NCBI GenBank assembly: GCA_031549385.1
Contig: JAVBPW010000003.1
Span: 1 to 21,911 of the forward strand
Direction of reading: 5' to 3'
DNA from: Alphaproteobacteria bacterium
GTDB lineage: Bacteria > Pseudomonadota > Alphaproteobacteria > Rs-D84 > SZUA-605
DNA length: 21,911 nucleotides
Shown: piece by piece, positions 1 through 9,132 of the stretch
Layout of the letters: every line of letters begins with the position of its first letter
Numbering within the stretch: position 1 is the stretch's first letter
The notes under the pieces: generated by a model
Databases searched by the model: none
What the model was told of the DNA's origin: nothing
Seen by the model: only the letters and a program-made list of their open reading frames with translations
Translations under genes and position numbers: made by a program

Positions 1-1
1 T

Positions 2-547
2 TATGGTGGATACTCATATGGAAAATGGTTTGCATTGGGTAATGTAGGATATACAAATTCAAAAGTAGATCAAGATATCTTCACATTATCAGATACACCT
101 GATCAATCAGGCTATGTTATGTCATATGAAGCTATTATAGGAAGAATGTTTATGTTAAAGAACTTTATCTTTGATTTGTATGGAAAATATGATTATGCAT
201 ATACAAATATAGAAAAAGAAAAATCTATCTCAAACATGTTAACAGCTGGAGCAGATTTGAAATATGCATTTAAGTTAATGAACAATGCAAAGATCTTACC
301 TACATTATTCTATGAAATAGGATATGAATTATCAGACAACATGGAAAAGACCTTTGAAGTATCACCATCAACAGGAATAGTGCTAATGGATAATTACTAT
401 GATCTTGGGGATTTACAACAAAGATTTGGTGGTAAATTGAACTATGTGACAAAGAATGGCTCAACAATAGGTATTGGTTATGAAATGCATGTAAGAGATA
501 ACTATGAAGCCCAAGAATTCAGAATAGAATTAGGATACAGATTCTAA
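2..547 (+). CDS. Autotransporter beta-barrel domain, C-terminal part (5'-partial, runs off window start)
   Basis: Frame is open from position 2 (YGGYSYGKWFALGNVGY...), so the TTG at 35 is not the real start. Alternating aromatic/hydrophobic beta-strands and a C-terminal OMP beta-signal (RIELGYRF*). Confidence 0.8.
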   Translation, partial: YGGYSYGKWFALGNVGYTNSKVDQDIFTLSDTPDQSGYVMSYEAIIGRMFMLKNFIFDLYGKYDYAYTNIEKEKSISNMLTAGADLKYAFKLMNNAKILPTLFYEIGYELSDNMEKTFEVSPSTGIVLMDNYYDLGDLQQRFGGKLNYVTKNGSTIGIGYEMHVRDNYEAQEFRIELGYRF

Positions 548-3500
548 ATCTTAATAAATTCTAACACATCAGCCAACACTTCAAAACTGTTGGCTTTTTT
601 TGATGTATAAATTAATTTATTTTGATTAGTAATTTTTGCTACATTAGCAAACTTATAAATCTTTTGAAGCAATGCTTCTGGATTTAAAGGCTCATTTTTA
701 TAAAAACTAACAGAAGCAATATTTTTATTAATTTCTAATTCAGTAATATTAAAAGAATTAGCAATTAATTTAAACTCAAACACTCTAAAAAGATTTTCAA
801 CTTCCTTAGGATAATCACCAAATCTATCTTTTAATTCTTCTCTTAATTCTTCAAGTTCACTACCAGTTTTAGCATTAGAAAATTTTTGATACATATTAAG
901 TCGTAAATTAGAATTTTCAATATAAAAAGAAGGAATTAAGAAGCTTTCATCTAACTTGATTTTAGTAGTAAATTCCTCAATATCATCAACACTATCATTA
1001 TTACCATAAAGTTTATTTTTAATGTTAGTAACTTCTGTTTCTAACATTTTTTGATACAATTCAATTCCAACTTCTTTAATAAATCCAGACTGTTCTTCAC
1101 CAAGTAAATTTCCAGCTCCTCGAATATCTAAATCATGAGAAGCAAGTTTAAAGCTATCACCAAGTGATGATAATGAATTAATCAATTCCAGTCTTTTAAT
1201 AGCATTAACAGAAAGCTGTGTTTCTTCCAAATATGATAGATAACAATAGGCTTGTCTATCACGACGTCCAACTCTTCCTCTAAGTTGATAAAGCGAAGCT
1301 AGTCCAAAATTATCAGCTCTATAAATAAAAATAGTATTAACTCTTTCCAAATCTAATCCAGATTCAACAATAGAAGTAGAAAGCAAAACGTCATATTTAT
1401 AATCAGCAAATTCTTCCATAACTTTTTCCAAAGATTTTCCAGCCATTTGTCCATGAGCAACAGCGATTCTAATTTCTGGCAAAATATCCTTTAAATATGA
1501 TAAAATAATATTTAAATCAGCAATACGGGGAGCAACAAAGAATACTTGTCCGTTACGTGTTTTTTCTAAGATAACTGCATCTTTAATAACATTTGTATTC
1601 CATTGCACAAGTTGAGTAATAACGCTGTGACGCTTAATAGGCGGCGTACTCATAACGGTCAAATCTTTCAACCCAGAAAAAGAAAGTGACAAAGTACGAG
1701 GAATAGGTGTAGCAGTCAAAGTTAAAACATGAGAATTAAAGTAATCATTTTTAAGTCTTTCTTTATGAGCAACACCAAAGTTTTGTTCTTCATCAATAAC
1801 AATAAGTCCAAGAGATTGAATTTCTATAGTCTTAGCCAACAACGAATGAGTTCCAATAACAATATCAACTTTTCCAGCTTTCAAATCAGCTTTAATCTTT
1901 TTTGCTTCCCCGTAAGGTGTTAAACGTGATAATTTAGCTATTTTAATATTTTTAAAAGAAGCAAATCGTTTTTTAAATGATTTAAAATGTTGTTCCACTA
2001 ATAGTGTGGTTGGTGCAATAACAACGCTTTGAAAGTTATTATAATAATTTAAAAAGCAAGCTCTCATAGCAATTTCAGTCTTCCCAAATCCAACATCAGC
2101 ACAAAGCAAACGATCGGCAGGAATGCCTTTAGCAAAATCTTCTTCAATATCTTTTGTTGCCTCAACTTGATCTGGAGTATCTAAATATTCGAATTCATTT
2201 AAGAATTTTGTATAATCTTCACTTTGAATTTGATAAACAGGAATTTTAGCAAGCAATCGTTTGGCAGCAACTCTAACAAGTTTTTCTGCCATATACTTTA
2301 ATTTATTTTTAAGTCGAGCTCGTCGCTCTTGCCACGCAGAAGTTCCAATATTATCAAGTGCAACTAAATTTTCTTTCGAACCATATCGGTTCAACATATC
2401 TAAATTTTCAATAGGGATAAATAATGTAGAATTAGCATACTGAAGTTGAATCAAATCATGAACCTTACCATGTAAGTCCATGTTCTTAATGCCTTTAAAT
2501 TGACCGATTCCATGTTCATAGTGTACTAAGTAATCATCAATTTCTATTTCATTAAAATCAATAATGCTTTTACCTTTATTATGTTTTGATAACTTTGCAT
2601 AGGTTTGTTTTTTGGCTTGTCCAGTCAAATCATTTTCTGTATAAACAGGAACGCCAAAATAATCAAAGGATGAGTTAAAAAAATTCCCCTTTAATATATA
2701 ATTACCTTTAACTGCTTTAGTAAAATCTAAATTTTCTACAACAGGAAATCCTAATTTTTCATTCATTTCTGAAGTTAAAGTATCACTATATAAATTTAGT
2801 ATAACATTTTGAGTTGAAGAAATATTTTTAATATGATTAAAAAGATTTTCTCTTCCTAATATTCTAAGTTTTTCAATATCTTTAATATTATCAAAAGGAT
2901 AGGCTTCTTTTTTATCACCTTTTAAAAAATTAGAATAAATTTTAAAACTTTTTAAGTTTTCAAAAAGACTCCTTTTATCAAGATAAAGATCATCACTTTT
3001 AATGTTTATATTGAAGGCTTCTTTATTTTCTTCTACTTTCTTTTCTATGTTGTTTATATAGATTTCAAAGTTGAAAGGTAAATAAAACTGGACATTTTTA
3101 TCTAATATATCAAAGATATTATTTAACTTATAATTGCTAAACAAAGGCAAAAAGTTTAAAAAGTTTAATGAATTAATTTTATTAGATACATTATTATAAA
3201 CCAAATCATCAAACTTAGAAGATGAATCTTTTAAATTTTCCAAATAATTAGCTTTAAATTTTTCGATTGTATTATCGTTAAGAACAATTTCATTTGCTCC
3301 ATAAAGTTCAAAACTATTAACTTCTGAAATAGTTCTTTGAGAAATTTGGTCAAATTTTTTAATTTTTTCGATTGTATCACCAAAGAAATCAATTCGATAA
3401 GGTGTATCAGAATCAGAAGGGAAAATATCAACAATATCTCCTCTTATACAAAAATCTCCAGAAGCAATAACTTCATCAACTCTTTTATATCCATTTTGAA

Positions 3501-3915
3501 CTAAAGTTTGCGATAGTAAAGAAAAACTAATATCATCACCTTTATTAATTTGCATATAAAAAAGATTATTGTTAAACTTTTGTAATAAGGCTTTTATGTC
3601 ACAAATTACAATACGTTTACTTTTTTTATTTTCTATAATTTTATGTATAGCTTTTAACCTATTTCCAATATCATAAACATTAGGGTAAATAAAACTATAA
3701 GGCTCCGACTCCCAAGAATTCAAGTAAATAACGTCAATTCCAGATGTGTTAGACTTCAAAAAATCTGCATAATTTTTACAATCTTCTTTGTTTTCTAAAA
3801 CTATGATAAATGTACTGTCTTTTTCTAATTTAGTAACTGCAAAGAGGGCAACATTATTATTAATATTACCCTCTAAGTTAATTACATCAAAATTTAAATT
3901 ATCTTTTTTTATCAA
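544..3915 (-). CDS. mfd: Transcription-repair coupling factor Mfd
   Basis: UvrB-like GDFCIRGDIVDIF, RID domain VHYEHGIGQF, Walker A ADVGFGKT, DEEQNFGV, TATPIPRTL, QLRGRVGR, TRG motif DLDIRGAGNLLGEEQSG. Start overlaps the waaA 3' end. Confidence 0.97.
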   Translation of the reverse strand: MIKKDNLNFDVINLEGNINNNVALFAVTKLEKDSTFIIVLENKEDCKNYADFLKSNTSGIDVIYLNSWESEPYSFIYPNVYDIGNRLKAIHKIIENKKSKRIVICDIKALLQKFNNNLFYMQINKGDDISFSLLSQTLVQNGYKRVDEVIASGDFCIRGDIVDIFPSDSDTPYRIDFFGDTIEKIKKFDQISQRTISEVNSFELYGANEIVLNDNTIEKFKANYLENLKDSSSKFDDLVYNNVSNKINSLNFLNFLPLFSNYKLNNIFDILDKNVQFYLPFNFEIYINNIEKKVEENKEAFNINIKSDDLYLDKRSLFENLKSFKIYSNFLKGDKKEAYPFDNIKDIEKLRILGRENLFNHIKNISSTQNVILNLYSDTLTSEMNEKLGFPVVENLDFTKAVKGNYILKGNFFNSSFDYFGVPVYTENDLTGQAKKQTYAKLSKHNKGKSIIDFNEIEIDDYLVHYEHGIGQFKGIKNMDLHGKVHDLIQLQYANSTLFIPIENLDMLNRYGSKENLVALDNIGTSAWQERRARLKNKLKYMAEKLVRVAAKRLLAKIPVYQIQSEDYTKFLNEFEYLDTPDQVEATKDIEEDFAKGIPADRLLCADVGFGKTEIAMRACFLNYYNNFQSVVIAPTTLLVEQHFKSFKKRFASFKNIKIAKLSRLTPYGEAKKIKADLKAGKVDIVIGTHSLLAKTIEIQSLGLIVIDEEQNFGVAHKERLKNDYFNSHVLTLTATPIPRTLSLSFSGLKDLTVMSTPPIKRHSVITQLVQWNTNVIKDAVILEKTRNGQVFFVAPRIADLNIILSYLKDILPEIRIAVAHGQMAGKSLEKVMEEFADYKYDVLLSTSIVESGLDLERVNTIFIYRADNFGLASLYQLRGRVGRRDRQAYCYLSYLEETQLSVNAIKRLELINSLSSLGDSFKLASHDLDIRGAGNLLGEEQSGFIKEVGIELYQKMLETEVTNIKNKLYGNNDSVDDIEEFTTKIKLDESFLIPSFYIENSNLRLNMYQKFSNAKTGSELEELREELKDRFGDYPKEVENLFRVFEFKLIANSFNITELEINKNIASVSFYKNEPLNPEALLQKIYKFANVAKITNQNKLIYTSKKANSFEVLADVLEFIKI

Positions 3916-5191
3916 TTTTATCTAACACAGGTTTTAAGTTATTTAATATTTTCTTTCCAACATTTTTATTTTGTTCTAAGAATTGTTTATTGTTTTCAAT
4001 AGCTTTTTTCAATCCAGATTTATTGCCCAGATAAAAAGCTAATCTTTCTTCCAAGTCTGCAGGAGTTTTACAAAGATCAACAACTCCAGATTTTATCATG
4101 TTATTGTATAATGCTTCAAATGCCATAATATGAGGTCCTGTAAGAACAATGCATCCTAATTGTAAAGGTTCAATAGGATTAGACCCCATAAACCCACCAA
4201 ACATAGACCTTCCCATAAAAGCAAATTCACTCAAACTAAAGAACAATCCCATTTCTCCAATAGTATCAGAAATATAAACATTAGTATCTTTTTTTATTTC
4301 TTGCTTTTGTGAACGTATTGCTAAATTAATATTATTTTTCTTAGCATTATTAATAATTCCAGGCAACCTAGTTCTTTGACGTGGTGCAATAATAAAGAAC
4401 AAATCTTTGAATTTTTTGTTCAAATTATTAAAGATTTTAAACGCCATATCTTCTTCATTATCTGATGTAGAAGCAAAAATAACGACAGTTTTTTCTTTTA
4501 AAACAGAAGAAAATTTATCAAATTCTTTCTTATCATAAGTAAGCACATCAGCGTCAAGCTTCAAATTTCCAAATGTAGTAACTTCCTTTGCGCCAAGTTT
4601 TTTAAATTTTTCAGCATCAATTTCATCTTTAGCAAAAACCTTAGTCACTCCAGCAAGCAAGAATTTAGCATAAAAAGGCATTTTTCCATAAGTTTTCATA
4701 CTGTTATCAGAAATACGTCCATTAACTATATAATGTAGTATTTTTCTTTTTCTAATTTGTTCAACAGTAACCGGCCACAAATCAGAGTCAGCTCTGAAAC
4801 AAACAACAGGTTTCCAAAACATTAAAAACAAAGCTACAAAAACAGGGTGGTCTAAAGGAGTAAATTGATGAGTTCCAATCTTAGGGTCTAATTCTTTTTT
4901 CATTAATTTAGAAGAAGTGACAGTCCCAGAAGTAACTAAAACAAACATATCAGGATAAGTATGTTTAAAATCTTCCATAAGTTTTAGCAATGCTTTAGTC
5001 TCTCCAACGCTAGCCCCATGGAACCAAGCTACCTTTTGTCCTTTGGGAAGTTTAACAGAAGGTATTCCAAATTTTTCATTCAAACGTTTAAAGTCTTCTT
5101 TTCCTTTAAATCCTCTGTAAATAAGTATTAAAATTAAAATAGGTGTAGCAATAATTAATACTAAACAATAAATCCAATATAAAATTCTCAT
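3899..5191 (-). CDS. waaA: 3-deoxy-D-manno-octulosonic acid (Kdo) transferase
   Basis: N-terminal membrane anchor, WFHGASVGE, GNLKLD, IIAPRQ (APRH equivalent), DTIGEMGLFF, NPIEP. Confidence 0.93.
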   Translation of the reverse strand: MRILYWIYCLVLIIATPILILILIYRGFKGKEDFKRLNEKFGIPSVKLPKGQKVAWFHGASVGETKALLKLMEDFKHTYPDMFVLVTSGTVTSSKLMKKELDPKIGTHQFTPLDHPVFVALFLMFWKPVVCFRADSDLWPVTVEQIRKRKILHYIVNGRISDNSMKTYGKMPFYAKFLLAGVTKVFAKDEIDAEKFKKLGAKEVTTFGNLKLDADVLTYDKKEFDKFSSVLKEKTVVIFASTSDNEEDMAFKIFNNLNKKFKDLFFIIAPRQRTRLPGIINNAKKNNINLAIRSQKQEIKKDTNVYISDTIGEMGLFFSLSEFAFMGRSMFGGFMGSNPIEPLQLGCIVLTGPHIMAFEALYNNMIKSGVVDLCKTPADLEERLAFYLGNKSGLKKAIENNKQFLEQNKNVGKKILNNLKPVLDKIDKKR

Positions 5192-6159
5192 TATTTTCTT
5201 TCCTTCATATTTTTCAAAATAACTTCAGCAACTTTTTTTCCAGAGTTTTCAAGTATTACAAGTTTGAGTTCAGAATTCATTTCCTGTATTTTTTTAGCCG
5301 CTCCAAGTTTATATAAAATATTAACAAATTGTTTATGTTTTTTTGTTAAAAGATTATCATTATCATAAACAAATATAGGTTTATTAGCAAAAGTAGATTC
5401 AGTAAGCATAGAAATGCTTTCTCCGGTAATAGCAATATAATCAGCCCATCCTAAAAATCCTGCAAATGCAGAAGATGCATTAGGTTCTTTATGGTCATAA
5501 AATACATAAGGAGCGCTTAAGTTATCTTTAATAATTTTTGATTGCGCTTCTCCAGTACGTCTTGAGTTAAGCACAAGTAAAGAAGCATTTTTTGATTTAG
5601 CTAATTTATTTAATTCACTAGCAAATTCCAAAGCCATTTCTTCATCGAATGTGGTAGTCTTAGTAGACCCCCCAATAATAACAGTAATATAAGGTCCTTT
5701 TAATTCTTTAACGAGAGGTGCAAAAGCTTTCTTTTGTTTTTCCACGTTATCAGGGTGTATCCAATGAGGTAATATATCCAAGTATAAAACATTTTTTCCC
5801 ATAACAGATTGTCCATGTTTAGGCATAACAACCAAATCAAAAGCAGAAGATGAGTAATTAGGCATTAAAACTTGCACAACATAGGTAGAAGGAGCTTGTT
5901 TTTTAATCCATGCTGCAACAACAGCAGCGCGTCGCCCAGCAGCAAGCACAACATCAGGCCAAGGAGCTTTTAAAGTTTCTCTACTTTCTTTTGTAATACC
6001 TAAATTAAAGAATTTAGAAATAAAATTAGGCAATTTTGCCAACTTATTATATTTAATTTCCTTATGAACAATATTCATATCTAAAAAATAAGAGATTCCA
6101 TCCAAAATATGAACAGAGCCAAGTTTATTATCTTTTAAAATCCAAACTGTTTTTTTCAT
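5191..6159 (-). CDS. ELM1/GtrOC1 (DUF1022) family putative glycosyltransferase
   Basis: PWPDVVLAAGRRA, FDLVVMPKH, IIGGS, NSRRT, GESISMLTE motifs. Stop overlaps waaA start (TAATG). SD AAGGA upstream. Confidence 0.85.
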   Translation of the reverse strand: MKKTVWILKDNKLGSVHILDGISYFLDMNIVHKEIKYNKLAKLPNFISKFFNLGITKESRETLKAPWPDVVLAAGRRAAVVAAWIKKQAPSTYVVQVLMPNYSSSAFDLVVMPKHGQSVMGKNVLYLDILPHWIHPDNVEKQKKAFAPLVKELKGPYITVIIGGSTKTTTFDEEMALEFASELNKLAKSKNASLLVLNSRRTGEAQSKIIKDNLSAPYVFYDHKEPNASSAFAGFLGWADYIAITGESISMLTESTFANKPIFVYDNDNLLTKKHKQFVNILYKLGAAKKIQEMNSELKLVILENSGKKVAEVILKNMKERK

Positions 6160-6185
6160 GAGTTTTCCTTATAGTTATTTACATC

Positions 6186-6213
6186 ATTGTAAATTAAAAA
6201 ACCTCTTTTTCAA
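6186..6213 (-). promoter_or_regulatory. Putative sigma70 promoter of the ELM1-waaA-mfd operon
   Basis: Minus strand TTGAAA-16 nt-TACAAT. The -35 lies inside the upstream terminator hairpin. Confidence 0.5.
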
Positions 6214-6222
6214 GAGGTTTTT
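6196..6222 (-). terminator. Intrinsic terminator after the Sel1 gene
   Basis: Minus strand AAAAACCTCTT-GAAA-AAGAGGTTTTTT hairpin ending in a U-tract. Confidence 0.75.
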
Positions 6223-6246
6223 AATATATTTGCTATTCAATATATA

Positions 6247-7068
6247 TTAGAATAATTCAGGATTTTTTGTAATATATTTAAATATTTCTTTTTGTAAAAC
6301 AACGGCCTTACGTTGAGCTTCGTCAAGTTCTTCAGTTGTCATAATATCTTCTAATGCGTTAAGTTTTTTTGCATCGATAAATGTAGCTAAAGAATACCAT
6401 TTATAAGCTTCAATTAAGTCTTGTTCTACGAATATTCCATTTTCATATAAATTAGCCAAATCAGAAGCAGCTTTTTCAGAACCATGACGAGCAGCTCTAT
6501 CTAACCAGAAAATATATTGGTTTTCATCAGCTTCTAAAAAGTCGGACCCATCACGATATTTTTTAGCCAATTCATATTCGCTATGAGGATATCCTTGATC
6601 AGCAGATATTTTGAACCATTTAATAGTTTCTCTATAATTACGAGGGAACCCATCACCAAATTCATAAAGCAAAGCTATTTTGAATTGAGCAGGAGCAAAA
6701 TTTTCTTCCCAAGCAGCACGAAGTATCCACAAGCTCTTTTTCAAAGAAGCATTAGGCAAAGCAGAGCAATCATTGCTATAAAGTTCAAACAATTGCATTT
6801 GAGCTTTAACGTCGCCTCTGTCAGCTCTTCTTTCAATACGATCAATATGATCACAGATGTTTCCATCTTTCATACTAAATTCCATACGTCCCATATGACG
6901 ATCACCACGTCCATGTGACATATTTTTAATTTGATAACCTAATATAAGAATACCCAAAGTGCATATAGTAATTCCTAATAATTTTGATTTTCTTGATTTT
7001 CCACAAGTGCAGTTTTCACCACAGTTACAAGAATGTTGAGCTGTTTTAGCTTTAGAATTTTTTATCAT
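6247..7068 (-). CDS. Membrane-anchored Sel1-like repeat protein (about 273 aa)
   Basis: Sel1 repeats (AQFKIALLYEFGDG...WFKISADQG; AASDLANLYENG...EAYKWY) and one hydrophobic segment near the N-terminus. Start reassigned to ATG 7068 because of the SD GAGGGGGAGA just upstream. Confidence 0.85.
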   Translation of the reverse strand: MIKNSKAKTAQHSCNCGENCTCGKSRKSKLLGITICTLGILILGYQIKNMSHGRGDRHMGRMEFSMKDGNICDHIDRIERRADRGDVKAQMQLFELYSNDCSALPNASLKKSLWILRAAWEENFAPAQFKIALLYEFGDGFPRNYRETIKWFKISADQGYPHSEYELAKKYRDGSDFLEADENQYIFWLDRAARHGSEKAASDLANLYENGIFVEQDLIEAYKWYSLATFIDAKKLNALEDIMTTEELDEAQRKAVVLQKEIFKYITKNPELF

Positions 7069-7108
7069 TGTAAATCTCCCCCTCATTAAATTTTTACAGA
7101 TAATCAGA

Positions 7109-7136
7109 ATTTTAGCACAATAAAACACAAAATCAA
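7109..7136 (-). promoter_or_regulatory. Putative sigma70 promoter of the Sel1 gene (divergent from recN)
   Basis: Minus strand TTGATT-16 nt-TAAAAT with an extended TGn motif. Confidence 0.5.
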
Positions 7137-7151
7137 GCCAAAATTTTCTTA

Positions 7152-7180
7152 TTGAAAATGATAGGTTTTTATTCTAAAAT
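7152..7180 (+). promoter_or_regulatory. Putative sigma70 promoter of recN
   Basis: TTGAAA (7152-7157)-17 nt-TAAAAT (7175-7180), 7 nt before ATG 7188. Confidence 0.6.
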
Positions 7181-7187
7181 CGCGTCT

Positions 7188-8834
7188 ATGTTACAGTTTT
7201 TGGCAATAAACAATATTGTTCTTATTTCCAGTCTAGAATTAAATTTCTCAGGCGGTTTAACTGTATTAACGGGAGAAACAGGGGCAGGTAAGTCTATATT
7301 ATTAGATGCTCTTGCACTATCATTAGGTGTTCGTGGTGAAAAGGGATTAATCCGTAAAGGCCAAACAAAAGCAACAGTGACAGCAGGGTTTGATAAAAGT
7401 GTAAATCCATTAATAAAGGATATCTTAAAAGAATTTGATTTGGAATTAAATGATGAAGAAGATTTAGTTTTAAGAAGAATTATCACTCCAGATGCTTCAA
7501 AAGCATATATTAATGATGAATTAGTAACAGCAAAACTTTTAAATAGAATAGGAAACCGTTTGGTAGAAATTCATGGTCAATTTGAAAACCATGGTTTAAT
7601 GAATAGAGCAACTCATATAGAATTCTTAGATAAATTTGCAGGCAACTTTACATTATTAGAAAAATATAGAGAAAGCTATTCCGCTTGGAAAGCAAAACAA
7701 GAAAAACTTGAAGAAGCAAAAAGAAATTTAGCAAAAATAAAAGAAGATGAAGAATACCTAATTCATTGTATTAAAGAACTTGATAAATTAGCACCAATAA
7801 AAGGTGAAGAAGAAGAGCTTTCAAACAGAAGAAAGCAATTAATGAGTTTGGAAAAGAATTTTGAGTTAATAAAAGAAGCTTATCAAGCTTTAAATGCTCA
7901 AGGCAGAGCAACAGAAAATGTTCGCCAATGTCAAAATGTTTTAATGAGATCATTAGATGAATCATTAAATGATTTAATCGACCGTCTATCAACAATTTCA
8001 GATGAAATAATTGCAGTAAATGACGATATAGAATCATTATTAAAGATGCAAACAAATCCAGTGGAAGAACTTGAGTTAACAGAAGAAAGATTATTCTCTT
8101 TAAGGTCACTTGCTCGTAAACATCAAGTATCAGCAGATGACCTTCAAGATTTATTAGAAAAATTAAAAGAAGACTTACGTCTTATTAATAAAAGTGATGA
8201 AGTTCTTTTTGAATTAGAAAAAGAAGAAAGAGCAACATATAAAGCAACACTTGATATAGCAAACCAACTTCATGAAAAAAGATTATCATCAGCATCAATT
8301 TTTGAAAAAGAAGTAATGAATGAATTTGCTCCATTAAAATTAGAAAAAGCAAAATTCAAAGTAGAAATAATAAAAAACGATGAATTATCATCAAACGGAT
8401 TTGACACAGTTGAATTTCGTGTAGCAATGAATTCAGGAATGGATTTTGTACCACTGGATAAAACAGCATCAGGTGGTGAACTTGTTCGTTTAATGCTCGC
8501 ATTAAAAGTGGTATTAAAAATAGTAAATCCAATTCCAATAATGGTATTTGATGAAGTTGACACAGGAATTTCCGGTGCTACAGCAAGTGCCGTAGGTGAA
8601 CGACTAAAGAAATTAGGTCAAAATGTACAAGTAATAGTAATCACTCATTCAGCTCAAGTAGCAGCTCAAGGTAACAATCACTTGAAGATAGAAAAATATG
8701 ATGAGAATAACGAAACATTTACTCATGTGCGTCCATTAACAAATGAACAAAGAATAAATGAAATAGCTCGTTTAATTTCAGCAGATGAAATAACTCCAGA
8801 AGCTATAACAATGGCACAAAAGCTATTAATATAA
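7188..8834 (+). CDS. recN: DNA repair protein RecN
   Basis: Typical N-terminus MLQFLAINNIVLI, Walker A TGETGAGKS, EIHGQ, long coiled coil, signature ASGGE, FDEVDTG, ITHSAQVAA. Start reassigned from 7152 to 7188. Confidence 0.96.
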   Translation: MLQFLAINNIVLISSLELNFSGGLTVLTGETGAGKSILLDALALSLGVRGEKGLIRKGQTKATVTAGFDKSVNPLIKDILKEFDLELNDEEDLVLRRIITPDASKAYINDELVTAKLLNRIGNRLVEIHGQFENHGLMNRATHIEFLDKFAGNFTLLEKYRESYSAWKAKQEKLEEAKRNLAKIKEDEEYLIHCIKELDKLAPIKGEEEELSNRRKQLMSLEKNFELIKEAYQALNAQGRATENVRQCQNVLMRSLDESLNDLIDRLSTISDEIIAVNDDIESLLKMQTNPVEELELTEERLFSLRSLARKHQVSADDLQDLLEKLKEDLRLINKSDEVLFELEKEERATYKATLDIANQLHEKRLSSASIFEKEVMNEFAPLKLEKAKFKVEIIKNDELSSNGFDTVEFRVAMNSGMDFVPLDKTASGGELVRLMLALKVVLKIVNPIPIMVFDEVDTGISGATASAVGERLKKLGQNVQVIVITHSAQVAAQGNNHLKIEKYDENNETFTHVRPLTNEQRINEIARLISADEITPEAITMAQKLLI

Positions 8835-8838
8835 AAAG

Positions 8839-8869
8839 AAAAAATCCCTCATTAAGAGGGAAATTTTTT
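8839..8869. terminator. Bidirectional intrinsic terminator after recN
   Basis: AAAAAA-TCCCTC-ATTAA-GAGGGA-AATTTTTT. Confidence 0.7.
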
Positions 8870-9013
8870 ACCTTTCCAAATATTGAAAAAACTCAATTTT
8901 ATAAGGTTAAACAGTTCAGAAAATATTCTGGTATGGTGCTCAATCAGCAGATACAGGATAAAAGCTCCTATAACGCTTACTACTAATATTATTGGGATAA
9001 ATAATAACTTCAT
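8852..9013 (-). CDS. Putative small membrane protein, 53 aa (MKLLFIPIILVVSVIGAFILYLLIEHHTRIFSELFNLIKLSFFNIWKGKKFPS)
   Basis: Translated by hand, below the ORF-track cutoff. ATG start, 22-residue uncharged hydrophobic helix, basic C-terminus. Fills the space between two terminators. No clear SD. Confidence 0.4.
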   Translation of the reverse strand: MKLLFIPIILVVSVIGAFILYLLIEHHTRIFSELFNLIKLSFFNIWKGKKFPS

Positions 9014-9089
9014 AATTGAAATATTTAAATGTTATGTTTACTTTTTAAAATATAATTCAGAATTACAACAGGTCATTACAATAGTCAAT

Positions 9090-9110
9090 TAAAAAATCCC
9101 CTTTCGGGGA
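9090..9110 (-). terminator. Intrinsic terminator after the SET gene; copy 1 of a 21-bp direct repeat
   Basis: Minus strand TCCCC-GAAA-GGGGA-TTTTTTA, identical to 9591-9611. Confidence 0.8.
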
Positions 9111-9132
9111 AAATCTCTGATTTTATATGGAT

